64,000 nt of DNA from Octopus vulgaris (taxonomy: Eukaryota), in the NCBI GenBank assembly GCA_951406725.2, contig OX597836.1:558001-622000 (forward strand). Reading direction: 5' to 3'. Under the pieces are notes generated by a model. That model was not told where the DNA came from and did not search any database. It saw only the letters and a list, made by a program, of their open reading frames with translations. A program made the translations under genes and the position numbers. Every line of letters begins with the position of its first letter. Positions within the stretch are counted from its first letter, which is position 1. This document shows positions 40,486-52,448 of the stretch, one piece after another.

Positions 40486-40816
40486 GTCAAGAGTCATCTT
40501 TGTAGTCATAAAGCGAGACAGATGAGTGACAACCTGGTCACTGGTGGTGGTGTAAGACACCATACTAATCATATCTGTCGGGCATGTGGAAGAGAGTGTA
40601 ATTCGGCAGGAGGACTTAAACGACATGCAAAGGTACATGAAGCCCAGTTACAACTACAGCCGGCTATTACCAGTAAAGGTTTTAGTTGCCAATTCTGTAC
40701 AAGACATTGTAGATCTTTAGCTGGGCAAAAAAGTCACATTCGATCACAGCACCAGTAACAGTTAAGCTTCGTGCAATGGCCATACTCGATAACGAGGGGG
40801 CAGCCATAATAATAAT

Positions 40817-40817
<1 letters not shown>
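40486..40817 (+). mobile_element. 3' end of a LINE (RTE-like) encoding two C2H2 zinc fingers, with (AAT)n tail
   Basis: CRACGRECNSAGGLKRHAKVH and CQFCTRHCRSLAGQKSHIRSQH, then stop, short UTR and (aat)n. The same tail occurs inverted at 61233-61319. Confidence 0.7.
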
Positions 40818-40853
<36 letters not shown>

Positions 40854-41013
40854 AGAATTCACAAAACAAAAGACGAAGACAGATGGTGTAGACAACAAAC
40901 AGATGTATTAGTTTAACACTCAGGAAGTGAAGAAGTCTTTAATGTTTCGAGCCTATGCTCTTCCACAGAAAGGAACATAGAAAGAAACAAGGAGAGAAAA
41001 TAACGAATGTGTG

Positions 41014-41050
<37 letters not shown>

Positions 41051-41051
41051 T

Positions 41052-41260
41052 TATTAATGTTTAGCAGAAGTAATAGTGACTCAAGGTCTGACAATTTCAT
41101 GCATTAGCACTTCTCAAACTAGTTACAGGTCAAAGGGCTGTAGATTTATATAGTTATTGAGAATTATATTTCCCTCTGGATTGTTCTAGAAAAAATTTTA
41201 AATCATAACATGAAATCTTGGATCTTGAGTCACTCTGCTGCTTCTGCTAAATATTAATAT
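41052..41260. mobile_element. MITE with ~50-bp TIRs
   Basis: tattaatgtttagcagaagtaatagtgactcaag...tttcatg / catgaaa...cttgagtcactctgctgcttctgctaaatattaata. Confidence 0.75.
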
Positions 41261-42647
41261 AAATATAGGAACAAACTCATATTTTGAGTATAGATGGAGA
41301 TATACTGTGGTGTTATGAGCCAGGCTGTGTTGTAGAGAAGGATCGGAAGTGAGGGTGTCGGCATGTCCTGTCGAAAATGGGGCCTGTGGGTCCCACTAAT
41401 AGGGCCATGGTGGGCATGCAGGGTCAGTGAAGCATGAGGAATCAATCAGTGGTGAACAGTGCATCAGAGCAGACATGTTAGATTGTATGGCGATGGATTG
41501 CACACGTGGACATTGAGTGAACCTTGTAGATTGAGACAGCACATGGACGTTGAAAGAGACCTTTTTTCTGGACCAATAGGTAAGACTACCATAATTCTCT
41601 CTTTGCTTCCCTCTTTTTCTTCCTTCACATCACATATACACAGAAATATATAGATATATCTATATCTATATAGATGTAGTGCTGTATTGTTATCAATCAG
41701 CCTATCTCAATGAAATGAATATCATTTTGAAATCTGAATATAATGCATTTAGGATTGGTGGAATACTATATAGCTATGTAGTAAGAAGTTGAACAAGTTA
41801 ATGAAATCTCAGTTTTAAAGTGTTTCAACTTTCCTCCATCATCAGAGTGTCACAGCTAATGTTAGGTGTTTCTTCATGGCTGAGTGGTAAGAAATGAGTC
41901 ACACCTCCCTCATATTGCATCCTACCATCTCAGTAAAGAACACAGTTAATAATGTAGTCCTATGCATTGTTGCCAGGAAAAAGATGGAATGGTCATTGCT
42001 AGAGTACAGGGATATGTACAGCTGAACAAAACCAAAAACAACCACAACTTAATACTACCTTATGGTACCTGTTTATATCAAGGTGGAGTGGCCATTCAAG
42101 ATGTTAGGTATCCGGTATATGACAGATATAGCCCTATGATAAGTAGTCATCCTGCACCCTGCTATGAAACAAGTAAAATCAATTTCTGAAAATTTTCATC
42201 ATCAGAAGATATGCATCACTGAGGTGGGCGAGGTGGGACGGGGAGATGATCCAATGCACATTTGAAACTTACACTTATTTTCTTAGTTCTTATATGAGAT
42301 TGAACCTGAAAGACTTGCCTTGTTTGGAAACTTTCCTACTTTTACCATGATGTTTGACATAAACATAGATCTGAATATACATTTTTTATTGGCTCGTCAG
42401 GTGGAGGAGGAGCAATGAATATACTTTTTGTTGCCCTCCACCCTCACCCCTGTAGGGCAGCAGCACACACAGGTAGACACATATGTGCATACAGACACAC
42501 ACATACATTTACTCACATGGACATTTGTACACGTTCACATAGGAAAGAAAATGTGTGAGGGGAACAATAAAAACAAACTCAAAGAAAGAGGAGTAAACAA
42601 AGCAAAAACAAAAATAGGGGATGAAAGATAATAAAACTAACCCGTAC

Positions 42648-42790
42648 CGGTACCTGGGCTAGAGCTGGATGCTGGATGAGCGCAGCATGGTGAATGGCTG
42701 TAGCTGTTGCAGGGGCCAGTTCTGGGTAGGCCAAAGGATGAGGAGTCCAGGCTTCAGGACTTCCAGGGAAAAATGCTGCACCTAATTCTT
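42648..42790 (-). CDS. cpo: Internal coding exon of the cpo/RBPMS-family gene (inter-RRM linker)
   Basis: Acceptor ttcttttgcag|AA GAA TTA is phase 1 and completes C+AA=Gln from the previous exon. Encodes (Q)ELGAAFFPGSPEAWTPHPLAYPELAPATATAIHHAALIQHPALAQVP, cpo-like. Three in-frame donors (exon ends 42654/42648/42642) make the exact 3' end uncertain. Confidence 0.92.
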
Positions 42791-43864
42791 CTGCAAAAGA
42801 AAGAAAAGAAAAACACAATAACAACAAAATAAACATCAGAAAAAAATCACAAAGTGATATTATAAAATGTAAACAATTCAAAAGTGAGAATGAGAAAACA
42901 TATTGATGATGATGAACGGAAGCAGAGATGGCAGGGTACTGAATTCAGGACTTTGTGGTGTAAAGGTTCAAACCTGGCCGTAGCCAATTTTTGCTTTTAT
43001 TGCTTCCTTGGTTAACTCAATTGGCTACACCCAATTGCCACACAAATTTGTGCTCTTGTATCTCTAGTAGGAAAAACAAAAAAGACAAAGGGCAAAATAA
43101 ACCTTTGGGGTAACTTGAACTCTGAATGTAGAACGATAGAACGAAATACTGTTCAACATTTTCTCTGCTGTTCTTCTGTTTTTACTCTTTTACAACAAGC
43201 GAGAATTTGTGATGATGGTATGAATGGCCCCTTACATTGGTGCAGGTCACAATTTGTCAGCAGAAGAATACTGACTGATTGAGTAAAGTTGATTTTTCAA
43301 CCTCAGCATCAGGCAAAAAACAATGTTAACACTAGGAGATTTGAACTGACGAATTTGTTGTGAATTATATGGGGGAATATTCAGTTGAACTAATCCACTA
43401 ACGAAATAGCTGATACTTATATTATCAACTCCAGGCAGATAAAGCTAGTTACAACAGGATTTGGGTTCAGATAACTGAAGAAGGAAAGTAAAAAGAGACA
43501 AATGTTTAACCATTTAGAGTAAACTTAGAAAAAACAATCACACAAAGTGATCAGACACACATACACACACACACATTAAAATTATTAATTACATTCAAAA
43601 CAGTATTGACTCATAAGAAAAGTCTTGTCTAGTTCTACTTTCATTAAACTTCTGCATCACCACCACTACCAGCTGCAGCAATGGTGTGCAGGTAATTTGG
43701 ATGTAGTAAGGTACATAAGGTTTTACTGTCAGTCAAATAATGGATTCCTGTTTTCAGTGTTACTCCTAAGCACATACATTGTAAGGTTTTACTGATGCCA
43801 AACACTATGCATCTGAATGCAGTTGTCACTACAGACTCTTTTTTTTTAACAATGTTTCATTTGC

Positions 43865-43905
<41 letters not shown>

Positions 43906-43912
43906 TACTCAC

Positions 43913-44051
43913 GCCCTGTTAGTGGATGTATAATTGTTGGATGTGTTGCTGCCGGTTGCGGAGACTGCTGTTTAGGCTTTGTGACTTTTGTGTTACTTTT
44001 AGCAAATTCTAGCCGGAGAGTCTGTGGCAAATCGGGATCAAATTTTACACC
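43913..44051 (-). CDS. cpo: Internal coding exon of a couch potato/RBPMS-family RNA-binding protein (C-terminal part of RRM1 plus linker)
   Basis: Not in the ORF track. The reverse complement reads tttctttccag|GGT GTA AAA...ACA GGG C|gtgagt and translates to GVKFDPDLPQTLRLEFAKSNTKVTKPKQQSPQPAATHPTIIHPLTG. FDP-x5-LRLEFAKSNTK is the cpo/RBPMS/MEC-8 RRM1 signature. 139 nt, phase 0 to phase 1. Confidence 0.96.
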
Positions 44052-47024
44052 CTGGAAAGAAATATCAAAAAAATAATAAAAGTGGTGATTTCTAAGAGAG
44101 GCATTTAGCTACAAATATTGGTGGAAGACATAGACAGTTGTACTATTCCCAAGATAGGTCATAAACGTATAATGGAAGAAATGTTGTCAATTAAATAGTT
44201 TTCAGTAAATGCTTTGTATTTGTTTTATTAACCCAAGAAGGAAAAAAAAAAGACAAATGAATCTTGTCAGAGTTGCATCACCAAGTGTGTATGTAATGTA
44301 TGTGTATATGTACCAATGTATACATCTATATCTATGTATACGAAGATGCAGGTATGTCTGTTGTGAAATCATCAGCTCCTTGCTCAATACCACTGTGCAG
44401 CACTTTGGGAAAATGTCTGCCATTGCGACCAAAGTCTTGCATGTGAAATTGGGTAAATGTAAAAAGAAAAAAAAAAGAGCAGTGGAACTTGTTGGATCAA
44501 TTGTAGCTATGATTCAAAGAGCCAATTTAGTCATCCACTATGTCACACATTTTGCCAGTGGACTACATTAAGATTTTTAATGGATGTAGGATATTCACCC
44601 ACTTACTTAAAGCTACAAGGGGAACTGTAATTTACAGTATATCACACACTGTTGTACTGATTCCCCTTAAGGTCTATTCTAAGGGTACAAGTGTTTGTGG
44701 AATACTTGTATTTATATTATATGATCTATTGTTTACCAGAATCCTAACACAATATAGAGTAATCAGTATCCAGAAAAGCATGGTTCAATTCCCTTCAGTG
44801 GAATTTTTATTTGATATACGAAAAAGAGAGTGATCAGTTTTCTAAGGTTGTAAAGTCATGTAGAAGCATGACGGAATCACTAATAAGTTTTATTTGCAAT
44901 CAGGAGTACTGGATCAATTCTACTATGTAGCATCTTGGACACGTCTTTGACCATAGCTTTTGTTGTCTCAAGCCTTGTGATCGAAACTCTATAGTTAGGA
45001 GCTGTTAGGATGAAGTGCCAAGGTTTGTACTTATTGTTAAGTTGATTCTCTTAGAAAATTAAATTAAAGGTGGAGTATTCAGCCCTTTACATGCAAATCC
45101 AATGAATGAACTATTGACTGAACAACTGAAATATTTGTCTCCAAAGCCAATGAACATCTATTTCTATATAAAGATGCTGGCATGACTGCATGTTTGGGAA
45201 GTTCAATTCCTGACTACATAATTTTGGGTTTTGGCACCTTGGACAAGGACATTATAGCCCTGGGACAACCAAAGGCTTGTGAGTGAATTTGGTGGTCAGA
45301 AACTGAAAAAAATTCTGGCATGTGTGTTTTCAAGAGTGTATAAACTAAACAAAAAGATAGTAGTCAATCAATGGAATCGAATAGTCAATCAATGGAATTC
45401 GAATTTATAGAATCAAAATTATACTATTAATTCATTTGCCTTGTAACTGGAGTTTTGCTCAATTGCTCTGCTGAGTTTTACACTCAGTCACATGTAAATA
45501 CATTTGTACATGTGGGTATGCGAGCAAAAAAAAAAGGTGTGTGTGTGTATAAGTTATTTTATTATCATATTTTTGTGTATGTTTGCTCAATGATTAGCTG
45601 TTGTTACACATTGTGCTGCTTTTCTTGTGTAAGAATAAACAAACTTTAGGTAATTTCTATACATAATACAACTTCAAACTGACTTAATTTTTATATTTCA
45701 GTGTGGACTATTCATGAAAAAAATTCCAGCATTTTGGGGTGTGTAGTGTTCACGTAGCACACTAGGAATATACAACATTGTATGCATGAAAGATTTATGT
45801 AGGATGCATATTATGACAATCTATAAAGTAAATGTATATAATACACATATAAAATACACATAATTTATATGGAATTCTTTAATCATTGTCATATACTTTG
45901 CAAGTGACTAGAAAGTTATACTAGCAACACAGACTAAAATTTGCCAACTACATATTGTGAGAGGCAAATGCAAACAACTACATGTTGTTTCCTAATATTT
46001 ATATATTGTTGATAATTTAGAGGTGATATGTGTACATGATCTACAGTTACAGCCATCAGTGGTGAAATAGTGGAATACACTATCCAGTAATACAATGAAC
46101 AGTTGTTGATGGTAGTCAGATATGGTTGAATGTGGAAGATCCATGAAGATGGAAGGTAACTGAGTTGAATGTGATGTGTTGGCTACACAGATTTCGTTGA
46201 GTTGAAGTGGCATGTCAAGAAACGTTATGACAGTGACTGGGCATTAAAGACATCGAATGATGTATTTAGGAAACAGTTGCACTTGCTAGAGCATGTGGTG
46301 TGAGTTGGCAATGAATTCTGGGTAGAAATTAACAGTTGCAAAAGGCAGATAAAAAAATAGATAAAAAGAGGTGAAGTCAAACATTTATATCGCATTTGAG
46401 ATGAGTGAAAGCATCATGATGATAAGGAAGATGTATAGTGGTGGTGATGGTGGTAGTGGTGGATGTGATGATAATTATGGCAATGAATAGAAACAACGTG
46501 CTGAGAAGATAAAAGGAAACCTCTATATGGTTGTTTGATCTCCCTGGAGTACAAACCAAATCCCCCTTAAATTATACCTATTAACTTAAAAAAAGGAAGG
46601 CAATGTCAGACAATGTAATCTTTGGAACACTAAAATATGGGATGGTCATGGATCATAATATTTTGATAATATACTTGCTCTTAAACTATGGATAAATAAG
46701 TGCCATGTGCAGAGAAAGTCTGAGTGACAAAGAAAGATTTAAAAAGTCATATCTGAAGTTGTTTAAACAAACAAGATGAAAGATTGAGAGCAACAATATG
46801 ATGTATGGCACACCATGTCCAGTCCAAAGCAACAAGCAATAACAGATAATGGTATGCATAGTGACAACACACATATGACATGAACAAAATGTATTTGTCA
46901 CGTTCCACCTGCACTTACCTGCACCAATATAAGAGTTAAAAAAGCTCTTGCTATAGAGGTTAAAGTTAGGTGCAGGATTAAAGATGAATGCTACTGTTTT
47001 ATTGAAATATGAAAGGATACACAT

Positions 47025-47335
47025 CAGCTAGTTGTTTCCTTCAAGGAATGCAATTAGTTTCCCTCTGAATATCCGTTCCATGACTTGTTGATGTGTGAAG
47101 TCAGAGACATAAGGCTATAGTTTTTGGCATTTGCTCTGCTTCCTCCTTTATGGATTGGGCATATCATTCCCTCCTTCAGCTTGCTTGGCAGCATGCCATT
47201 TGCAAGAAAGCTCTGGAAGAAAATCTGTAGAGGTTCTGCCAGGGCATGCTTACACAATTTCAGGAGGTTTTCTGGGAAAACATCAGGACCAGCAGTTGAG
47301 TTTGCATCCACCTAATCTATGGCTAGTAGCTTATC

Positions 47336-47340
<5 letters not shown>
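47025..47340 (-). mobile_element. CR1-like LINE fragment (pre-RT region)
   Basis: EDKLLAID*VDANSTAGPD...PIHKGGSRANAKNY, homologous to ~39850-40150. Confidence 0.8.
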
Positions 47341-47403
<63 letters not shown>

Positions 47404-47435
47404 TCATATTTATATGTCATATATATATATATATA

Positions 47436-47730
47436 AGCACCATCTGTTCGTGGCCGTTGCCAGCCTCGCCTGGCCCCCGTGCCGGTGGCACGTAAAAAGC
47501 ACCATCCGTCCATGGCCGTTTGCCAGCTCTGTCTGGCACCTGTGCGGGTGGCACGTAAAAAGCACCCACTACACTCATGGAGTGGTTAACGTTAGGAAGG
47601 GCATCCAGCCGTAGAAACACTGCCAGATCAGACTGGGCCTGATGCAGCCTTCTGGCTTCACATACCCCAGTTGAACCGTCCAACCCATGCTAGCATGGAA
47701 AGCGGACGCTAAATAATGATGATGATGATA
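47436..47730 (+). mobile_element. RTE-associated 3'-end repeat/SINE with (GAT)n tail
   Basis: Near-identical to ~51900-52195. Tail fragments also at ~7336-7390(-), 7960-8135, 13300-13500, 17636-17680(-) and 56500-57000. Confidence 0.8.
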
Positions 47731-47903
47731 TATCATATATATATATACATATATATTTGGTAAAATAGAAAGATGAATAATCTTGTTGCAGATTAATCAA
47801 AAGTTTAACCGATACCTTGGTAGCAAAAATCACGGCAGAAGAATGCAATAAAAGGAATTCTGTTCAATCTTCGTTCAACTCCATTTCTTCAATTCACTAA
47901 TAA

Positions 47904-47948
<45 letters not shown>

Positions 47949-48057
47949 AATATATATATTTATATTCATATGAATATGTCATATATATATATATTTATAT
48001 ATATATATATGTATGCCATATATATATATATTTATATATATATATACATGTCATATA

Positions 48058-49277
48058 TACACGTACCAAACTATGCCATATTGCGAACAGATAGAAGGGA
48101 AAGGAGCCATGGTGGAGTTGCTGTATACATCCGAGATGACCTCACACCCCAGGTCTTACTGACATACTCAAATTCGGTATGTGACACTTTAATTGTATAC
48201 ATAAGACAACATAATATAGTCATATGCAATACATATTGCCTACCGGATGCTTCAAATCACATAGGCAAGTTTGAAGATTGCCTCACAAGAATAAAAGAAA
48301 TCCTCATGAATCTAGAACACTACGTCACCATATTTATATGGGTGATTTCAACTTCCCCAACGTCAAATGGCCTGAAGGTCTCATACTCTCAGGAATGAAT
48401 CATTGCAAGCAAGTACAGGTGGAGTCCCTGCTCAACCTCACCAATGCCTTATTCATGGAGCGAGTTGTACTCAAACCAACTAGGGCGAATAACATTCTGG
48501 ATCTCTGCTTCACGAACAATATGGACATCATTCATGATGTGAAAGTGACACCGACATTAGTCTCGGATCACAACATAATAGAGCTGTCTATGTTTGGGCC
48601 GAAAGTAACCAGAGACATACAGCCTAAAGAAAGCACCCGAAATCTCTCCAATCTGAACTTCCACAAAGCAGATTGGAAATTGATCCAAAAAGAGATCCTC
48701 AGAGAGGACTGGCCAGAATGTCTCTCCACACCAGACATTGACATGAAACTAGAATGATTCATGTCTTCTGTGCAAGCTGTATGCCAGAAATATGTCCCAG
48801 AGCACAAGGCCAAAACAAATAGGAGCAAGATTCCAAGAGACAGGAAGATCCTCATGAGACGACGGACGACGGTTGCAAATCGACTCAACCAACATCCCAA
48901 AAGTAGTGAAATGTCCCGCCTAAAAACAACACTGATGGAGATCGAAAAAAGGCTGCAACAATCCTATGTGAGGGAGAAAGCAGACAAAGAAGCCTGGGTT
49001 ATTAAAAACATTAAATCAAACCCAAAGGCCTTCTTTCATTACGCGAAAGAAACAGTCTCAGTACACTACAAGATAGAACCCCTCCTCCAAAACGATGGCT
49101 CCCTCACAGACAGTCCAACTAAGATCAGTGAGATACTGAATGATCAGTTCAAAAGTGTCTTTACCACCCCATTGGAACACAGACAAGTGAACGAACCAGT
49201 GGACTTCTTTGCCGCCTCAACTATAACCAGCGAGGCAGTTACAATAGAATATATTGACATTAGCGAAGATGTCCTAT
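48058..49277 (+). mobile_element. CR1-like LINE ORF2 APE-endonuclease fragment
   Basis: RTDRRERSHGGVAVYIR, GDFNFPN, PTRANNILDLCFTN, SDHNII, NPKAFFHY and LNDQFKSVFT, broken by a frameshift and a stop. Confidence 0.88.
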
Positions 49278-49497
49278 GAATATATATATATATCAATATA
49301 TATATATTGTAATATTTTGTGACAACCAGTACCTAACACAACCAAGCTTTTACATGATACTTTTGACAATCTTTTTCTAAAAAAGTGAAACCGGTAAAGT
49401 AAATAAACATCTTTTAAAATTGCATTTTCAAACCTTCTTTCATATATATATATATACATATATATATGTATATACATATGTGTATATATATATATAT

Positions 49498-52195
49498 GAA
49501 AGCCACTGACCAGATCTGTTGCTGGTGCGAAGTCCCCCCCCCTCAAGACCCAAAATAACGTGGTGGTGGAACAATATTGTTGACAGGGCTATTAGACAAA
49601 AGAAACAGGCTTGGAAGGACTGGAAGAACGGTGGTAGCAGGGAAGTGTATCAGACTGCCAGAAGGGAAGCTAGGAGACAGGTGTATTTAGCCAGAGGGGA
49701 AGCAGATAAGAAAACATTTGCCAATGTTCTGCGCCATGAGGATGAAAGACATGAGGTATTTTGTGTTGCAAAAACAGTGTGTGAGAGAGAATCGTGACGT
49801 GGTAGGAGAGAAATGTGTTCGCAAGGATGACGGTTCTCTTGCGCTAAATGAGGATGCAAAGAGAGAGGTTTGGAGATGCCACTATGAAAGGTTGCTGAAT
49901 GAGGAAAATGAATGGGATAAAGAGAGTCTGCCGAATGCCGACCCAACAGAGGGACCAGCAATCCGAGTTGACAGTTCCTTAGTAGTTAAGGCAAATACAA
50001 GCATGAAAACAGGGAAAGCCCCAGGCCCATCAGGAATTACTGCAGAGATGCTCAAAATATCTGGTAGTGTCGGCTATAGCCTAGTCACCCGTATAGTTAA
50101 CCAGGTGATACACGAAGAAGTCATTCCCAATGACTGGTGTAGCAGCATAATAATCAACTGCTACAAAGGTAAAGCTGACGCCCTAGATACAAATAACTAC
50201 AGGGGTATCAAGCAGCTGGATCAGGTAATGAAGGTTACGGAGAGGGTTATAGCCCAACTAATTAGAGAGAGAGTTAGCTTAGAGGAGATGCAGTTTGGGT
50301 TCGTGCCAGGGAAAAGTACCACTGATGCTATATTCCTGGTAAGACAGCTGCAGGAGAAATACCTAGCCAAAGATAAGCCCCTGTACCTGGCTTTTGTTGA
50401 CATGGAGAAAGCCTTCGACAGGGTCCCCCGATCCCTTATCTGGTGGTCAATGAGGAAACTAGGGATAGATGAATGGTTAGTGAGAGCTGTGTGAGCCATG
50501 TACAGAGACGCTGCTAGTATGGTGAGGGTTGGCAACGAGTACAGTGAAGAATTACGGGTAGAGGTTGGGGTCCACCAAGGTTCAGTCCTCAGTCCCCTCC
50601 TAGTTATCATAGTCCTCCAGGCAATAACGGAGGAATTCAAGACAGGATACCCCTGGGAGCTCCTCTATGCTGACGACTTTGCTCTAATTGCTGAGTCACT
50701 ATCAGAACTGGAGGATAAGTTTCAGGTGTGGAAGCAAGGATTAGAATCGAAGCGCCTTAGAATCAACCTAGCCAAAACCAAAGTCCTAATAAGTAGGAAG
50801 GTAGACCAATCACAAACACCTTCAGGTAGATGGCCCTGCTCGATCTGTAGAAAAGGTGTAGGTAGAAACTCTATAAGATGCACCAAGTGTAAGCTATGGA
50901 CACATAATGTCAAAGGAAGGCTAACTAGGAAAATAGTTTTTGTTTGTGGCAGATGCTCAGGTGCAATAAACACTGAAAATGCGCAGAGACCAAATTCTAC
51001 CACATTCCAGGGAGAAAAACTAGAAGTAGTTGATAGCTTCTGCTACCTATGTGACCAAGTCAGTAGCAGGGGTGGGTGTGCTGAAAGTGTAACTGCTAGA
51101 GTAAGAATAGCCTGAGCAAAGTTCAGAGAGCTCTTACGGCTGCTGGTGACAAAAGGCCTCTCGCTCAGAGTACAAGGCAGACTGTATGATGCATGTGTAC
51201 GATCAGCCATGCTACATGGTAGTGAAACATGGGCTGTGACTGCTGAGGATATGCATAAGCTCGCAAGAAATGAAGCCAGTATGCTCTGATGGATGTGTAA
51301 TGTCAGTGTTCATACTTGACAGAGTGTAAGTACCTTGAGAGAATAGTTGGACCTAAGAAGCATCAGTTGTGGTGTGCAAGAGAGACGTTTGCGCTGGTAT
51401 GGTCATGTGATGAGAATGGCTGAAGATAGTTGTGTGCAAAAGTGCCACACTCTAGTGGTTGAGGGAACCTGTGGAAGAGGTAGACCCAGGAAAACCTGGG
51501 ACGAGGTGGTGAAGCACGACCTTCGAACTTTAGGTCTCACCAAGGAAATGACTAGAGACCGAGACTTATGGAAGTATGCTGTGCGTGAGAAGACCCGGCA
51601 AGACTAGTGAGACCATAACCCGTGGCCTTTACCTGGTATGTAGCCAGTCGACTTAAACATACCTTTCCTTCTTGGGACACAAAACTCCACTTGTGAAGAC
51701 CCGTGAGGCAAGTGAAAATCAAAAATCAAATCAAATCAAATCAAATCAGATATCAGAAAGCAGAACCAAAATCGAAGTCGATCAACATCAATGGAAATTG
51801 CAGCTGTGATACCAGTGCCGGTGACAAGTAAGTGAACCATCTGATCGTGGCTGTTGCCAGTGCCTCCCCGACTGGCCTCCATGCCGGTGGCACGTAAAAA
51901 GCACCATCCGATCTTGGCCATTGCCAGCCTCACCTGGCCCCCGTGCCGGTGGCACGTAAAAAGCACCATCCGTCCGTGGCCGTTTGCCAGCCCCGTCTGG
52001 TGCGGGTGGCACGTAAAAAGCACCCACTACACTCACGGAGTGGCTGGCATTAGGAAGGGCATCCAGCTGTAGAAACACTGTCAGATCAGACTGGGCCTGA
52101 TGCAGGCTTCTGGCTTCATAGACCCCAGTTTAACCGTCCAACCCATGCTAGCATGGAAAGCGGATGCTAAATGAAGATGATGATGATGATAATGA
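49498..52195 (+). mobile_element. 5'-truncated RTE-clade LINE with 3' UTR
   Basis: GKAPGPSG, NYRGI, QFGFVPGKSTTDAIF, FVDMEKAFDRVP, GVHQGSVLSPLL, LLYADD, YGSETW, RLRWYGHV and GRGRPRKTW, with several stops. 3' UTR ends in (GAT)n. Confidence 0.93.
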
Positions 52196-52209
52196 TATAT
52201 ATATATATG

Positions 52210-52448
52210 TAGCTTCAGCTCGGAGGTGTGGCCATGCTGGGGCACCACTCTTTTGCTACACTGTTATTTCTGAGAGCCATCATATTAGAATATGTGGCAC
52301 TTGGTATGGAGTTTGGTTTCGCTATACTCATTTGCACCTCTTGCCGTGAGGTAGGTTCATTTGGGACTCTTGACAGGAAGAGGTCCAGTTTTGATTTGAA
52401 AACACCCACATCCACTTTGTGCAGGTCCCTCAGGCTCTTTGGGAGAAT
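52210..52448 (-). mobile_element. 3' end of a CR1-like LINE
   Basis: PKSLRDLHKVDVGVFKSKLDLFLSRVPNEP, the typical LP...FK..LD..L C-terminus, followed by a short UTR. Confidence 0.7.

Noticed and set aside
43795-44076. Plus-strand 93-aa ORF in the track
   Set aside because: It is the antisense shadow of the real minus-strand cpo exon.
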